Below, in pieces: positions 16,143-25,950 of a DNA stretch of 64,000 nucleotides. The notes below the pieces were generated by a model, which saw only the letters and a program-made list of their open reading frames with translations, made no database searches and was not told where the DNA came from. Position 1 is the stretch's first letter. Each line of letters opens with the position of its first letter. The translations under genes were made by a program, and so were the position numbers. Origin of the DNA: Devosia sp. (lineage in GTDB: Bacteria > Pseudomonadota > Alphaproteobacteria > Rhizobiales > Devosiaceae); the NCBI RefSeq assembly GCF_048261455.1, contig NZ_JBLXGA010000002.1, positions 170,648 through 234,647 on the forward strand, given 5' to 3'.

Positions 16143-17273
16143 TCAGCTGCTGAGGCCGCCGAACAGCGTCGGCAGGTCGAGCGGGCGGAAGCCGTAGTGA
16201 TCGAGCCAGCGCTTGTCGGCGTCGAAGAAGGCGCGCAGGTCGTTCATGCCGTATTTCAGCATGGCGAGCCGGTCGATGCCGATGCCCCAGGCGAAGCCCT
16301 GGTAGACGTCGGGGTCGAGCCCGCAATTGCGCAGGACGTTGGGGTGCACCATGCCGCAGCCGAGCACTTCCAGCCAGTCGCTGCCCTGCCCGATCTTCAC
16401 GTCCGGGCCGGAGCGGTCGCATTGCACGTCGACCTCCATCGAGGGTTCGGTGAAGGGGAAGAAGCTGGGGCGGAACCGCAGCGTCACGTCGTCGATCTCG
16501 AAGAAGGCCTTGAAGAACTCCTCGAGCACCCAGCGCAGCTGGCCGATATGGCTGGTCTTGTCGATCACCAGACCCTCGACCTGATGGAACATGGGCGTGT
16601 GGGTCTGATCGGAATCGTGCCGGTAGGTGCGGCCCGGGCAGACGACGCGGATCGGCGGCTCGACGGCCGGGGTGAGATAGGGCGCGGCGGGCTTTTCGTT
16701 GGTCTTCAGCATCGAACGCACCTGCACCGGCGAGGTGTGGGTGCGCAGCACGCGCTTCACCCCGTCGGCCGACGGCGCCATGAAGAAGGTGTCGTGCATC
16801 TCGCGCGCCGGGTGCCCCTCGGGGAAGTTCAGCGCGGTGAAATTGTACCAGTCGGTCTCGATTTCCGGGCCTTCGGCAATGGAAAAGCCCATGTCCGAGA
16901 AGATCGCGGTGATCTCGTCCATCACCTGGCTGACGGGGTGGATGCGGCCTTCGGCGGTGGGCGGGGTACCGACCGGCAGGGTGACATCGACCCGCTCGGC
17001 AGCGAGGCGCGCATCGAGCGCGGCGCGGGCCAGTTCGGCGGCACGCGCTTCGATCAGGCCGGCCATTTCCGTCTTCAGCCCGTTGATCGCGGCACCGGCG
17101 CTCTTGCGCTCCTCGGGCTGCATCTTGCCGAGCGTTGCCAGCAAGGCGGAGACGGAGCCCTTCTTGCCGAGGGCGCCGACGCGCACGGCCTCGATCTGCG
17201 TCTGATCGCTGGCAGCCGCCACAGCGGCGGTGATCTCGGTGCGAAGGGTATCGATCTGGGCGTCGAGAGACAT
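16143..17273 (-). CDS. pheS: Phenylalanine--tRNA ligase alpha subunit
   Basis: [14 protein letters not shown]... [15 protein letters not shown] ... [12 protein letters not shown] ... [14 protein letters not shown] are class II motifs. The start was trimmed from the track ORF. Confidence 0.95.
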   Translation of the reverse strand: MSLDAQIDTLRTEITAAVAAASDQTQIEAVRVGALGKKGSVSALLATLGKMQPEERKSAGAAINGLKTEMAGLIEARAAELARAALDARLAAERVDVTLPVGTPPTAEGRIHPVSQVMDEITAIFSDMGFSIAEGPEIETDWYNFTALNFPEGHPAREMHDTFFMAPSADGVKRVLRTHTSPVQVRSMLKTNEKPAAPYLTPAVEPPIRVVCPGRTYRHDSDQTHTPMFHQVEGLVIDKTSHIGQLRWVLEEFFKAFFEIDDVTLRFRPSFFPFTEPSMEVDVQCDRSGPDVKIGQGSDWLEVLGCGMVHPNVLRNCGLDPDVYQGFAWGIGIDRLAMLKYGMNDLRAFFDADKRWLDHYGFRPLDLPTLFGGLSS

Positions 17274-17340
17274 TGGGGTTCTTCCGTATTCGTCGTCTTG
17301 GCTGCGAGCGGCCTGCGAACGCAAGCACACGGCGGAAAGC

Positions 17341-17375
17341 AAAAAGCCCCGCGCCACCCGTCGGGGCGGCGCAAG
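17341..17375 (-). terminator. Hairpin plus T-run between rplT and pheS
   Basis: The minus strand reads GCGCCGCCCCGACGGGTGGCGCGGGGC followed by TTTTTG. Confidence 0.55.
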
Positions 17376-17408
17376 GCTTAGCTCAAGGCCTCTTAAAAGG
17401 CGAGGTGC

Positions 17409-17810
17409 TTAGGCGGAAACGCGCTCGTGCGTCGTCTTTTCGACGTCGCCGAGATAGTTGAGCGCGGTCTTGGCCTGGGCAACCAGCGCTGCGAACGCTG
17501 CGGGCTCGGTGATCGCGAGATCAGAGAGCACCTTGCGGTCGACAGCGATATCAGCCTTCAAGAGGCCGTCGATAAATCGACCGTAGGTCAGGCCGTGCTC
17601 GCGGACAGCGGCGTTGATGCGCTGGATCCACAGGGCGCGGAAGTTGCGCTTTTTGGCGCGACGATCGCGGTAAGCGTACTGGCCGGCCTTATCGACAGCG
17701 GCCTTGGCCGTGCGGATGGTGTTCTTGCGGCGACCATAAAAGCCCGAAGCTGCCTTCAGAACCTTCTTGTGACGGGCGTGGGCGGTAACGCCTCTTTTAA
17801 CGCGTGACAT
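17409..17810 (-). CDS. rplT: 50S ribosomal protein L20
   Basis: [36 protein letters not shown]. Confidence 0.95.
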   Translation of the reverse strand: MSRVKRGVTAHARHKKVLKAASGFYGRRKNTIRTAKAAVDKAGQYAYRDRRAKKRNFRALWIQRINAAVREHGLTYGRFIDGLLKADIAVDRKVLSDLAITEPAAFAALVAQAKTALNYLGDVEKTTHERVSA

Positions 17811-17824
17811 TGTTCACTGGCTCC

Positions 17825-18025
17825 TTAGCGATTGTAGGGCATGTACCACTTCACCAGACCTTCATCGCCCTTCTTGAGCACCTTGGTGCCGCGGTGGGAG
17901 CGAATGTAGTCGGCGCTGTGGCTGATAAGCCGGTGACGCTTGCCTGCGACGCCTGCCTTGACGCGGCCTGTCGCAGTCATCTTGAAGCGCTTTTTAGCGC
18001 CCGATTTGGTCTTCATTTTGGGCAT
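17825..18025 (-). CDS. rpmI: 50S ribosomal protein L35
   Basis: [23 protein letters not shown]. The start was set at 18025 within the longer track ORF. Confidence 0.9.
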   Translation of the reverse strand: MPKMKTKSGAKKRFKMTATGRVKAGVAGKRHRLISHSADYIRSHRGTKVLKKGDEGLVKWYMPYNR

Positions 18026-18159
18026 TTTGCTCATCCTGTTAGAGGTGGTCCGGAGGACCAGCATTCGAGACTGCCACGGCATGCCTGTTGGCCGGGCGGC
18101 CCGCTAGAAGGCGCGTCTATAGGGGCAATTTTGACCGAAGGCAAGGGCGCTGGAGGCGC

Positions 18160-18627
18160 TCAGTCGCGGATTTCCGCTGCCAGCATGGCCAGTGCATCAA
18201 CGAGCAGCGCGGACTCGGTGCGGCCCAGCGAGGCCGTGGCCTTGCGTTCGGCCGCTGCGACGGCCGCTGCAGCCTCAGGTAGCACGGATCGCGCGCGTTC
18301 GCTGAGATAAAGTCCCTGGGCGCGGCCCTTGCCCAAGGTGCTGCGCTCGATCCAGCCATCGGCGGACAAGGCGCTAAGGGTGCGGGCCACGCCGGGCTGT
18401 TCGAGTTCGAGCCTGAGGGCCAGTTCGGCCTGGGTCAGCCCCTCGCGCGCGGCGATCTCGTTCAGAGCGATGAACTGGGCCGGATGCAGGCCATGCGGGG
18501 CAAGCGCATCGCGCAGCACGACGGCGAGGCGTCGCGCCAAAAGCGCTGAGACCTGAAACAGGCTGTCCTTGAAGTCAGGCGAAACCGGCATGAGAGCCAC
18601 CAGACGAATAACTGCAGGGCGTAGCAT
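18160..18627 (-). CDS. MarR-family transcriptional regulator
   Basis: The winged-helix core reads LTQAELALRLELEQPGVARTLSALSADGWIER. An alternative start is MPVSPDF. Confidence 0.8.
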   Translation of the reverse strand: MLRPAVIRLVALMPVSPDFKDSLFQVSALLARRLAVVLRDALAPHGLHPAQFIALNEIAAREGLTQAELALRLELEQPGVARTLSALSADGWIERSTLGKGRAQGLYLSERARSVLPEAAAAVAAAERKATASLGRTESALLVDALAMLAAEIRD

Positions 18628-18658
18628 AACGTGTTCTGATTAACTGGGCCTTAGCCGC

Positions 18659-19432
18659 TCAGGCAAGGATATCCGACCAGGCCCGGGTGGCGCGCACGGC
18701 GGCGGCGGCATCACGGATGGCAAGCTTCTGCCCGCGGGTCAGTTCGTCCGACACCAGGTTGATGGCATGCGAGGGGTCGAGTGCCGCCCGGGCGAAAAAG
18801 TGCTTTTCGAGATAACCGAAGGTCACCCAGACATTGTCGGCCAGTTCCCCGGTGGGGCGCCCCCGCAGCGCCGCCAGCACACTGAGCTCCAGATAGAATG
18901 ACGGAAAATCGAGCCCGAGCTTGTCGCGCCACAGCTTCAGCACGCGGATCTCCTCCAGCCGACCGCTGTCGCGGATGGCGCGGCTGTTGCGGGCCAGATT
19001 GGATTTCATCGAGGTGTCGCGCCGCACCGAGTAGAGCTCGTGCATCTCGCTGGTGAAGCTCTCGCGCTTGACCGGCACCAGATCGACCAGCGTGCCATCG
19101 AGATCGACCGCGAGCGAGACGTTGCGCCGCCGCGTCGGGTATCCAGCGCGCTGCAGCGCACTTTCCATCGAGCGATAGATCACCGGTACGGCGTGGGGCG
19201 TGCGGGGGCTCAAGGCAACGGCGAAGTCGATAGCAATGCCGCCGATGTTGGCGGTGCGCTTTTGCACGGCACCAACAGGAAAGATTTCGAGCAGGTGCCG
19301 CCCGGCCCAGTCGGCGCACAGTTCATGGACGCGGCCTTCAAGTAGGCGCAGATTGGCTTCTGTCTCGACCGCGACTGCCTCGCGTTCGAGAATTTTTCGC
19401 AGATATCCGGAGGGAGACACGGTCACCACCAA
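18659..19432 (-). CDS. Orphan Pol-beta-superfamily nucleotidyltransferase with OAS/cGAS-like helical C-domain
   Basis: The N-domain carries PVGAVQKRTANIGGIAIDFAV ... VDLVPV. The C-domain carries IRVLKLWRDK..FPSFYLELSVL. An AT-rich stretch lies immediately upstream. Confidence 0.6.
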   Translation of the reverse strand: MVVTVSPSGYLRKILEREAVAVETEANLRLLEGRVHELCADWAGRHLLEIFPVGAVQKRTANIGGIAIDFAVALSPRTPHAVPVIYRSMESALQRAGYPTRRRNVSLAVDLDGTLVDLVPVKRESFTSEMHELYSVRRDTSMKSNLARNSRAIRDSGRLEEIRVLKLWRDKLGLDFPSFYLELSVLAALRGRPTGELADNVWVTFGYLEKHFFARAALDPSHAINLVSDELTRGQKLAIRDAAAAVRATRAWSDILA

Positions 19433-19520
19433 TTAAAATCGGATTAAGTAGATACATAAAAAAATAAATCTGAAACCGCTTTTGCAATATCTGGTTAGCG
19501 GATGCGAGTCCCCGGGACCC

Positions 19521-19552
19521 AAAAACAAAAGGGGCGACCCGAAGGCCGCCCC
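19521..19552 (-). terminator. Rho-independent terminator after infC
   Basis: The minus strand reads GGGGCGGCC-TTCG-GGTCGCCCC followed by TTTTGTTTTTGG. Confidence 0.8.
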
Positions 19553-19577
19553 ATAAACGATCAAAACTGTGTGCGCC

Positions 19578-20114
19578 TTACTTCGGCGCGAGAACCATCA
19601 CCATCTGGCGGCCCTCGGAGCGCGGCGCGGATTCGACCTTGGCCTTCTCGTCGACTTCCGACTGCACCTTGCGCAGCAGATCCATGCCGATGTCCTGATG
19701 CGCCATCTCACGGCCACGGAAACGCATGGTCACCTTGACGCGGTCACCGTCCTCGAGGAACTTGTGAACCTTCTTCATCTTGGTGTCGTAGTCATGCGTG
19801 TCGATGTTCGGCCGCATCTGGATTTCCTTGACCTCGATCACCTTCTGCTTCTTGCGCGCCTCGGAAGCTTTCTTCTGGGCGGCGTACTTGAAGCGGCCAA
19901 GATCGAGCATCTTGGCGACCGGTGGGTTCGCGTTCGGGGAAATAATGACCAGATCGAGCCCCTGGTCCTGCGCTTCGGTCAGCGCATCGCGGGTTCGAAT
20001 CACACCACGGTTGGTGCCCTCGCCGTCGATCAGCTGGACGTCGGCGGAGGTGATATCTTCATTGGAAAGCGGCCCATCCTTCTGGGGCGCTACGGGTCTC
20101 ATGGGACGACGAAT
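19578..20114 (-). CDS. infC: Translation initiation factor IF-3
   Basis: PQKDGPLSNEDITSADVQLIDGEG...KMLDLGRFKY. The track ORF starts at the ATG at 20102. An in-frame ATT at 20114 with an AAGGAA RBS would give IRRPMRPVAPQ (see finding). Confidence 0.9.
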   Translation of the reverse strand: MRRPMRPVAPQKDGPLSNEDITSADVQLIDGEGTNRGVIRTRDALTEAQDQGLDLVIISPNANPPVAKMLDLGRFKYAAQKKASEARKKQKVIEVKEIQMRPNIDTHDYDTKMKKVHKFLEDGDRVKVTMRFRGREMAHQDIGMDLLRKVQSEVDEKAKVESAPRSEGRQMVMVLAPK

Positions 20115-20319
20115 GGCAGACGTTCCTTCAATTGTTACCAGGACGGCGGGAAATCGCGCCTAAAATCGTGCTGGGACCGGCATAAGTCAACAGCCAAGCG
20201 TGACCGGAATCGGCAAACTTGCCCGATTGGGTCGCTGCACTAACGATTAACACGCCAAAGTGTTGCTGCGGCGTGCACAAACCGGCACAAACCCGGTGTG
20301 ACGAGGGCATGAGTGAGGC

Positions 20320-21111
20320 ATGGTGGGGGGTCCGGAGTTCCTGAGCGTAGGCAGCGATGCCCGGCAGATCGCCGTGCTGCGCCGCACCGGACGCGCGCCG
20401 GGCCTGTTCTGGCTGTCGGGCTATCGCTCCGAAATGGTGGGGCTGAAGGCCGAGGCGCTCGATGCGTTCGGGGCCGAACTGGGTCTTGCCGTCACCCGCT
20501 TCGACTATTCGGGCCATGGCCAGTCGGGCGGTGATTTTCTCGACGGCACGATCAGCCGCTGGCTCGAAGAGGCCCTGGCGGTGTTTTCGACCACCAAAGG
20601 GCCGCAGATCATCGTCGGCTCATCGATCGGCGGCTGGATCGCGCTGCTGCTCGCCCGGGCGCTGCGCAAGTCTGCGCCCGACCGGGTGAAAGCGCTGATC
20701 CTCATAGCACCAGCCGTCGATGCGACAGCTGAACTGATGCAGAAGCGCCTGAGCACGGCCGAGCAGCACATTCTCAAGCGCGACGGCGTCGTCTACCGCG
20801 CCTCGCAGTATTCGGACACGCCCTACCCCTACACCCGGGCGCTGCTGGAGGACGGGCGCAACCATCTGCTGTTCGGCCGCGGCATCGAGACCGGCTGCCC
20901 GGTGACCATCCTGCAGGGCGCCAAGGACCCGGACGTGCCGCCGGAGCACGCGATGAAACTGGTCCAGCACCTGCTGATCGACCCCACGACGCTGACCCTC
21001 ATCCCCGATGGCGACCATCGGCTGAGCCGCGACAGCGACCTCGAACTGCTGCGCGAGGCGGTGAAGCGGCAGGTCGGCGCCCCGGCGCTGCAATTGCGCA
21101 TGGAGCTTTAG
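20320..21111 (+). CDS. Alpha/beta-fold hydrolase
   Basis: It has the nucleophile elbow GSSIGG and a C-terminal DGDHR. The product is 263 aa. Confidence 0.7.
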   Translation: MVGGPEFLSVGSDARQIAVLRRTGRAPGLFWLSGYRSEMVGLKAEALDAFGAELGLAVTRFDYSGHGQSGGDFLDGTISRWLEEALAVFSTTKGPQIIVGSSIGGWIALLLARALRKSAPDRVKALILIAPAVDATAELMQKRLSTAEQHILKRDGVVYRASQYSDTPYPYTRALLEDGRNHLLFGRGIETGCPVTILQGAKDPDVPPEHAMKLVQHLLIDPTTLTLIPDGDHRLSRDSDLELLREAVKRQVGAPALQLRMEL

Positions 21112-21608
21112 GCGGGGCGCAGGGCGGCGTTGCGCATGCGGATCGCAGAGAATGCCAGCCCGGAAGCCGTGACGACATCATGGAGCGGCCACAGCGAATC
21201 GAGGACTCTCAACTGCGCGCCGCGGGCGGCAATCCGCGCCGGCAGGTCGGTCTCGAGACGCGCCGCGACCGGGGTCACCGGCGTCTCGCTGATCCAGTAG
21301 CCGGCCACCGGATCGATGTTGCGGAAGCTTTCGGCCGGCATATCGTAGACCCAGACGCTGGCGGCGTTTACCCGGGCCGCCCAGGCCTGCTCGATGGCGA
21401 CGACGGCTGCCGCACCCCCGAGCAGCGCCAGTTCGTCCGGCGTCGCATCCGGGCCCGGGTGGAAGCAAAGCCGCGGGCAGTCGCGTGGCAGCAGGTAATT
21501 GACGAGCGTCCGCTCCTCGACAGCCCAGACCTTGGCCACGCCATCCGCCGCCGGCCGCGGCACGAAACGCGCGATGCCGGACGTTTCGCTGACGTGGAGC
21601 AGCTTCAC
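21108..21608 (-). CDS. Hypothetical protein
   Basis: This is a 166-aa ORF whose GTG start overlaps the GNAT stop (GTGA). I recognise no motif. Confidence 0.5.
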   Translation of the reverse strand: MKLLHVSETSGIARFVPRPAADGVAKVWAVEERTLVNYLLPRDCPRLCFHPGPDATPDELALLGGAAAVVAIEQAWAARVNAASVWVYDMPAESFRNIDPVAGYWISETPVTPVAARLETDLPARIAARGAQLRVLDSLWPLHDVVTASGLAFSAIRMRNAALRPA

Positions 21609-22261
21609 GACAGGCTGAGGCGCGCCCTCTGCACGCCATCGGTGTCAAAATTCTCCGGGGCGAGCCAGCGTTCGTATTCGGCGCGGATTTTGGGCCAGTC
21701 GCCATCCAGCATGGCGAACCAGGCGGTGTCGCGGTTTTCGCCCTTCTGGATCATGTGCTGGCGGAACGTGCCCTCATAGGTGAACCCGAAGCGCCTGGCG
21801 GCGCTGATGGAGGGGGCATTGCGATCATTGCACTTCCACTCGAAGCGCCGGTAGCCGAGCTCATCGAAGATGTAGCGCGCGCTGAGATAAAGCGCTTCGG
21901 TGGCGCGCCGGGTGCGGGCCATGGCCGGCCCCCAGTAGATCGAGCCGATCTCGATGACGCCATGCTCGGGGACGATGCGCATCAGCGCCTGCCGGCCCAT
22001 GGCGCGGCCAGTGGCGCGATCGACCACCGCGAAGTGCAGCGGATCGTCGACCGGCATCGCGGCCGCGACCCAGGCGTCCATCTCGTCGGCGTCGGCCGGT
22101 GCCGACTCGAACAGATAGCGGTAGCGCGCGGCCGCATCCGGATCGGCGGACGCGACGTAGAGATCGGCCGCGTGCTCGGGGCGCAGCGGCTCGAGGCGGA
22201 CATATTGCCCCTCGAGTACGATGCGCGCCGGGCGCCCGCTAGCCGGCTGCGGCGCACTCAC
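21605..22261 (-). CDS. GNAT N-acetyltransferase (RimJ/RimL-like)
   Basis: VRLEPLRPEHAADLY ... RRFEWKCNDRNAPSISAARRFGFTYEGTFRQH. The GTG start at 22261 overlaps the upstream stop (GTGA). The longer track ORF runs into the upstream gene. Confidence 0.7.
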   Translation of the reverse strand: MSAPQPASGRPARIVLEGQYVRLEPLRPEHAADLYVASADPDAAARYRYLFESAPADADEMDAWVAAAMPVDDPLHFAVVDRATGRAMGRQALMRIVPEHGVIEIGSIYWGPAMARTRRATEALYLSARYIFDELGYRRFEWKCNDRNAPSISAARRFGFTYEGTFRQHMIQKGENRDTAWFAMLDGDWPKIRAEYERWLAPENFDTDGVQRARLSLS

Positions 22262-23130
22262 TGATGCGTCTCCCAGATGGCGTTCAGCCCCTCGCGATAG
22301 GTCGGAAAACGCAGCTCGGTATCGAGCGCTGCGAGCAGGCGTTTCGAGGACACGCGCTTGTTGTCGGAATAAAAGCTGCGCGCCATGGGGCTGAGCGGCG
22401 CGGTCTCGAAGGGCGTGTCCGGCGGCGGCGCAACGCCCATCAGGTCGGCTGCGTAGCTGACCAGATCCTGCGGCGGCGCGGGCTCCGTATCGGTGAGGTT
22501 GTAGGTGCCGGCCAGGCGGGCGCGGGCGGCCAGCGCGGTGATTTCGCCGATATCGGTGACATGGATGCGGTTGAACACCTGCCCCGGCTTGACGATGCGG
22601 CGGGCGGTGCCGGCGCGCAGCTTGTCGAAGGCGGAACGGCCCGGCCCGTAGATGCCGGCGAGACGCTCGATGAACAGCGGCACCCCACGCTCTTTCGCAT
22701 AGTCGCGCCAGGCCTCTTCGGCCGCAACGCGCTGCTTCGAGCGCGGATTGACGGGCCGCGTCGGCGCATCCTCGTCGATCCACTGGCCGCCGAAATCCCC
22801 ATAGACGCCGACGGTCGAGAAATAGCCGATCCATTCGAGGTTTTCGGCCGCATCGAGATCGGCCCGGTGCAGGTTCAGCGCCGCGTCGCCGCGCTCGTCG
22901 GGCGGAATCGAGAGAATGACATGCGTCGCCTGGCGCAGGTCGGCCGACAGCGTCGGGCCGGGCACTTCGCCATCGAAGACATGCATGTCGTAGCTCGTGT
23001 CGGCCCAGTCTTCCGCAGATTCGAGGCTGCGGGTGGTGCCGGCGACGGGAATGTCCTGGTTTTCGAGATTGCGCAGCGCCTGTGCGGTCGCGCGCGAGGA
23101 ATAGCCCATGCCAAAAAAGAAGAGGCGCAC
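22258..23130 (-). CDS. NAD(P)-binding Rossmann-fold epimerase/SDR-like protein
   Basis: MRLFFFGMGYSSRA ... the 290-aa product has an atypical SDR layout. Confidence 0.6.
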   Translation of the reverse strand: MRLFFFGMGYSSRATAQALRNLENQDIPVAGTTRSLESAEDWADTSYDMHVFDGEVPGPTLSADLRQATHVILSIPPDERGDAALNLHRADLDAAENLEWIGYFSTVGVYGDFGGQWIDEDAPTRPVNPRSKQRVAAEEAWRDYAKERGVPLFIERLAGIYGPGRSAFDKLRAGTARRIVKPGQVFNRIHVTDIGEITALAARARLAGTYNLTDTEPAPPQDLVSYAADLMGVAPPPDTPFETAPLSPMARSFYSDNKRVSSKRLLAALDTELRFPTYREGLNAIWETHQ

Positions 23131-23146
23131 TTTTACTACCTTTCAG

Positions 23147-24316
23147 TCAGCGCGCGTCGGCTGGGACGACCGCGTTCCATTCTTCACGGACGGATGTGTC
23201 GCGCTCTGCGGGCAAAAAGGCAAGTTTCAGGGCTGCGGCTTTTTCGGCCTCGGCCAGCCGGCGAGTGGCCCAGACGGCGGCACCGCGGATCAGCGGGTCG
23301 GGATCCGTCAGCCTTTGCTCGGCGAGCGGCGCGAGGGCGCGGCTTTGCGAGTTGCCGAGGGCGATCAGCACATTGCGCAGGAAACGGGCATGCCCCAGCC
23401 GCTTGACCGGGGAGCCGGCGAACAGGGCCCGAAAGCCCGGGTCGTCCAGCTGCGCGAGATCGGCCAGCGCCGGGGCCCTGAGATACTCGCGGGCCTGCAG
23501 CTTCATCTCGCGGGTTTGCGTCGCGAACTTGTTCCACGGGCAGACGGCGAGGCAATCGTCGCAGCCATAGATGCGGTTGCCCATGGCGATGCGGAATTCG
23601 TGCGGGATGGCGCCCTTGAGCTCGATGTTGAGATAGGCGAGGCAGCGCCGCGCATCGAGCTGGAAGGGCGCCGGGAAGGCATTGGTGGGGCAGATATCGA
23701 GGCAGCGCCGGCACGAGCCGCAGCTTTCAGCATGCGGCGCATCGGGCGGCAGCGCCATGTCTGTCATGATGGCGCCCAGAAACAGCCAGGAGCCGAATTC
23801 GCGACTGACCAGCACCGTGTGCTTGCCCTGCCAGCCGATACCGGCTGCTTCGCCGAGCGGCTTTTCCATCACCGGGGCGGTATCGACAAAGACCTTCACC
23901 TCAGCCCCGGCGCGCCGATGCAAGAGCCCCGCGAGCTCCTTCAGCTTGCCCTTGATCAGGTCGTGGTAATCCCGATTGCGGGCATAGACCGAGATATTGC
24001 CGGTCTCGCGCTCGCCGAGCTGCGCCAGCGGATCGCTATCGGGTCCATAGTTGACGCCGAGCATGATGATGGCGCGCGCCTCGGGCCAGAGGCCCGCCGG
24101 TGCTTCCCGCCGTGCGGCGGTTTCGGCCATCCAGTCCATGTCGCCATGCCAGCCGCGCTCAAGCGCCACTTGCAGTTTTTCGGGCAGGTCGGGCCGGGCA
24201 TCGGCCGCCGCAATGCCGAAGGCATCAAAGCCCAGCGCCTTGGCGCGGCTTTTGAGTTCGGCAATGAGTTTTGTCTGATCCACCCGCGGCAGCGTATCAG
24301 AAATCGAGGTCGGCAT
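23147..24316 (-). CDS. queG: Epoxyqueuosine reductase
   Basis: It has two 4Fe-4S motifs (CGSCRRCLDICPT and CDDCLAVCPWN) and a HEAT-like C-terminus. The start is uncertain because it overlaps the GST gene by 20 nt. Confidence 0.85.
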   Translation of the reverse strand: MPTSISDTLPRVDQTKLIAELKSRAKALGFDAFGIAAADARPDLPEKLQVALERGWHGDMDWMAETAARREAPAGLWPEARAIIMLGVNYGPDSDPLAQLGERETGNISVYARNRDYHDLIKGKLKELAGLLHRRAGAEVKVFVDTAPVMEKPLGEAAGIGWQGKHTVLVSREFGSWLFLGAIMTDMALPPDAPHAESCGSCRRCLDICPTNAFPAPFQLDARRCLAYLNIELKGAIPHEFRIAMGNRIYGCDDCLAVCPWNKFATQTREMKLQAREYLRAPALADLAQLDDPGFRALFAGSPVKRLGHARFLRNVLIALGNSQSRALAPLAEQRLTDPDPLIRGAAVWATRRLAEAEKAAALKLAFLPAERDTSVREEWNAVVPADAR

Positions 24317-24974
24317 AGCCCTTTGACGGCATCATGCCGGAGATGCGGTCGTTCAGCAGAGTGCGGAAGGCCGGACGCGACTTGATGCGGGCATACCATT
24401 GCCGCGTTTCGGGCGAGGAATCCCAGGCCACGTCGCCGAGATAGTCGAGGCTGCTCAGGTGCGCGGCCAGCGCGAAATCGGCGAGCGTCATGTCGTCGCC
24501 GGCCATCCATTCGCGCGAGGCGAAGAGCCAGTTGAAATAGAGCAGATGCTCGCCGAGGTTGGCCTTGGCGACGCGCAGCACGCCGGGCTCTGGCGTCGCG
24601 CCGCGCTGGTCGCGCTTGACGATCTTTTCCTCGAGCACGTAGCGGGTCACTTCGTCATTGAGCTTGATCAGCACCCATTCGAGCAGGCGCCACATCTCGG
24701 CCTTGTCGCGCGGCGACGCGGGGATCAGCCCCGGCACCGAGGTCGGCGCATAGGCGTCTTCGACCGCATGAAGCACGGCCAGCGTGCCGACGATCGGCGG
24801 TTCGCCGTCCTCGAACAGCACGGGCACGGTGCCCGCCGGATTGATGTCGAGCAGCCGGGCCTCGCGGGCCCAGGGCTTGATGTCCTCAAGCTCCGCAGTA
24901 ACGCCATATTCGGCGAACATCAGGCGGACGAGGCGGGACGCGGGATCCAGCCGGTGATGAAGCAACCTGGTCAT
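24297..24974 (-). CDS. Glutathione S-transferase family protein
   Basis: A thioredoxin-like N-domain (NPAGTVPVL) is followed by a helical C-domain. The product is 225 aa. Confidence 0.7.
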   Translation of the reverse strand: MTRLLHHRLDPASRLVRLMFAEYGVTAELEDIKPWAREARLLDINPAGTVPVLFEDGEPPIVGTLAVLHAVEDAYAPTSVPGLIPASPRDKAEMWRLLEWVLIKLNDEVTRYVLEEKIVKRDQRGATPEPGVLRVAKANLGEHLLYFNWLFASREWMAGDDMTLADFALAAHLSSLDYLGDVAWDSSPETRQWYARIKSRPAFRTLLNDRISGMMPSKGYADLDF

Positions 24975-25065
24975 ATCAGCGGGTGGCGCTATTCCTTGGC
25001 GATGGCCGGCAAATCGGGCTAGAAGCAGCCCAAAGCGGCGACGATGAGATTGAGTAGGAGATGAA

Positions 25066-25878
25066 TTGAACGGCGATCAAGGTCTTTTTGTGCCGCTCCT
25101 GCTCGGCATCATCGAAGGGGTTACCGAATTCCTGCCGGTTTCCTCCACCGCACACCTGCTGCTGGCCGGCAAGTTCCTGGGGTTCGACAGCCCCGGACGG
25201 GTGTTCGAAGTGCTTATCCAGCTCGGCGCCATCCTTGCCATCGTGGTCGTCTATTTCAGCCGGCTGATCGCCATTGCGCGCGACGCAATCGCCCGCAAAC
25301 CGGGGGCCCTTCGCTTCATCCTGGGCATCGTCCTGGCCTCGTTCCCGGCGGCGTTGGCCGGAGTGCTGGCACACGATTTCATCAAGACGGTTATCTATGA
25401 GTCGCCGGTGGTGATCTGCGTGTCGCTGATCGTCGGCGGGCTGGTGCTGCTCTATGTCGACCAGTTGAAGCTGACGCCGAAATATACCGATATCTACAGC
25501 TTTCCGCCGCTGCTGTGCCTTTATGTCGGGCTGTTCCAGGTGCTGGCGCTGGTGCCGGGCGTCTCGCGCTCAGGCGCCACCATCGTCGGCGCCCTGTTGC
25601 TTGGCACCGACAAGCGCTCTGCGGCCGAGTTCACCTTCTTCCTGGCATTGCCGATCATGAGCGGCGCCTTTGCCTACGAGCTCTACAAGAGCCGCGAGTT
25701 CATCACCAGCGAGGTGGGCTTCAGCGTCGTCATCGGCTTTGCCGCCGCGTTCGTCACCGCATTCTTCGTGGTGCGCTATCTGCTGGATTACGTGTCGAAG
25801 CGCGGCTTTGCGCTGTTCGCCTACTGGCGCATTTTCGTCGGCGCCATCGGGCTATGGGGCGTCCTGCTGTTCGGCTGA
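25066..25878 (+). CDS. uppP: Undecaprenyl-diphosphate phosphatase
   Basis: It has the EGVTEFLPVSSTAH and PGVSRSGATI motifs. The start codon is TTG. Confidence 0.9.
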   Translation: MNGDQGLFVPLLLGIIEGVTEFLPVSSTAHLLLAGKFLGFDSPGRVFEVLIQLGAILAIVVVYFSRLIAIARDAIARKPGALRFILGIVLASFPAALAGVLAHDFIKTVIYESPVVICVSLIVGGLVLLYVDQLKLTPKYTDIYSFPPLLCLYVGLFQVLALVPGVSRSGATIVGALLLGTDKRSAAEFTFFLALPIMSGAFAYELYKSREFITSEVGFSVVIGFAAAFVTAFFVVRYLLDYVSKRGFALFAYWRIFVGAIGLWGVLLFG

Positions 25879-25950
25879 ACGGCGCCTGCCCCATCGGTCC
25901 TTCAAGGCGGTGTCCGGCTGAACCCGGCGCCGCCTTTTACCTGCGCGGGA

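Noticed and set aside
18160-19432. CBASS operon or AbiE-type toxin-antitoxin (NTase plus wHTH protein)
   Set aside because: No effector gene (phospholipase, TM, endonuclease, TIR or SAVED) is adjacent. The wHTH protein is an ordinary 155-aa MarR located downstream, not an AbiEi-type antitoxin upstream. I kept the gene as an orphan NTase observation only.
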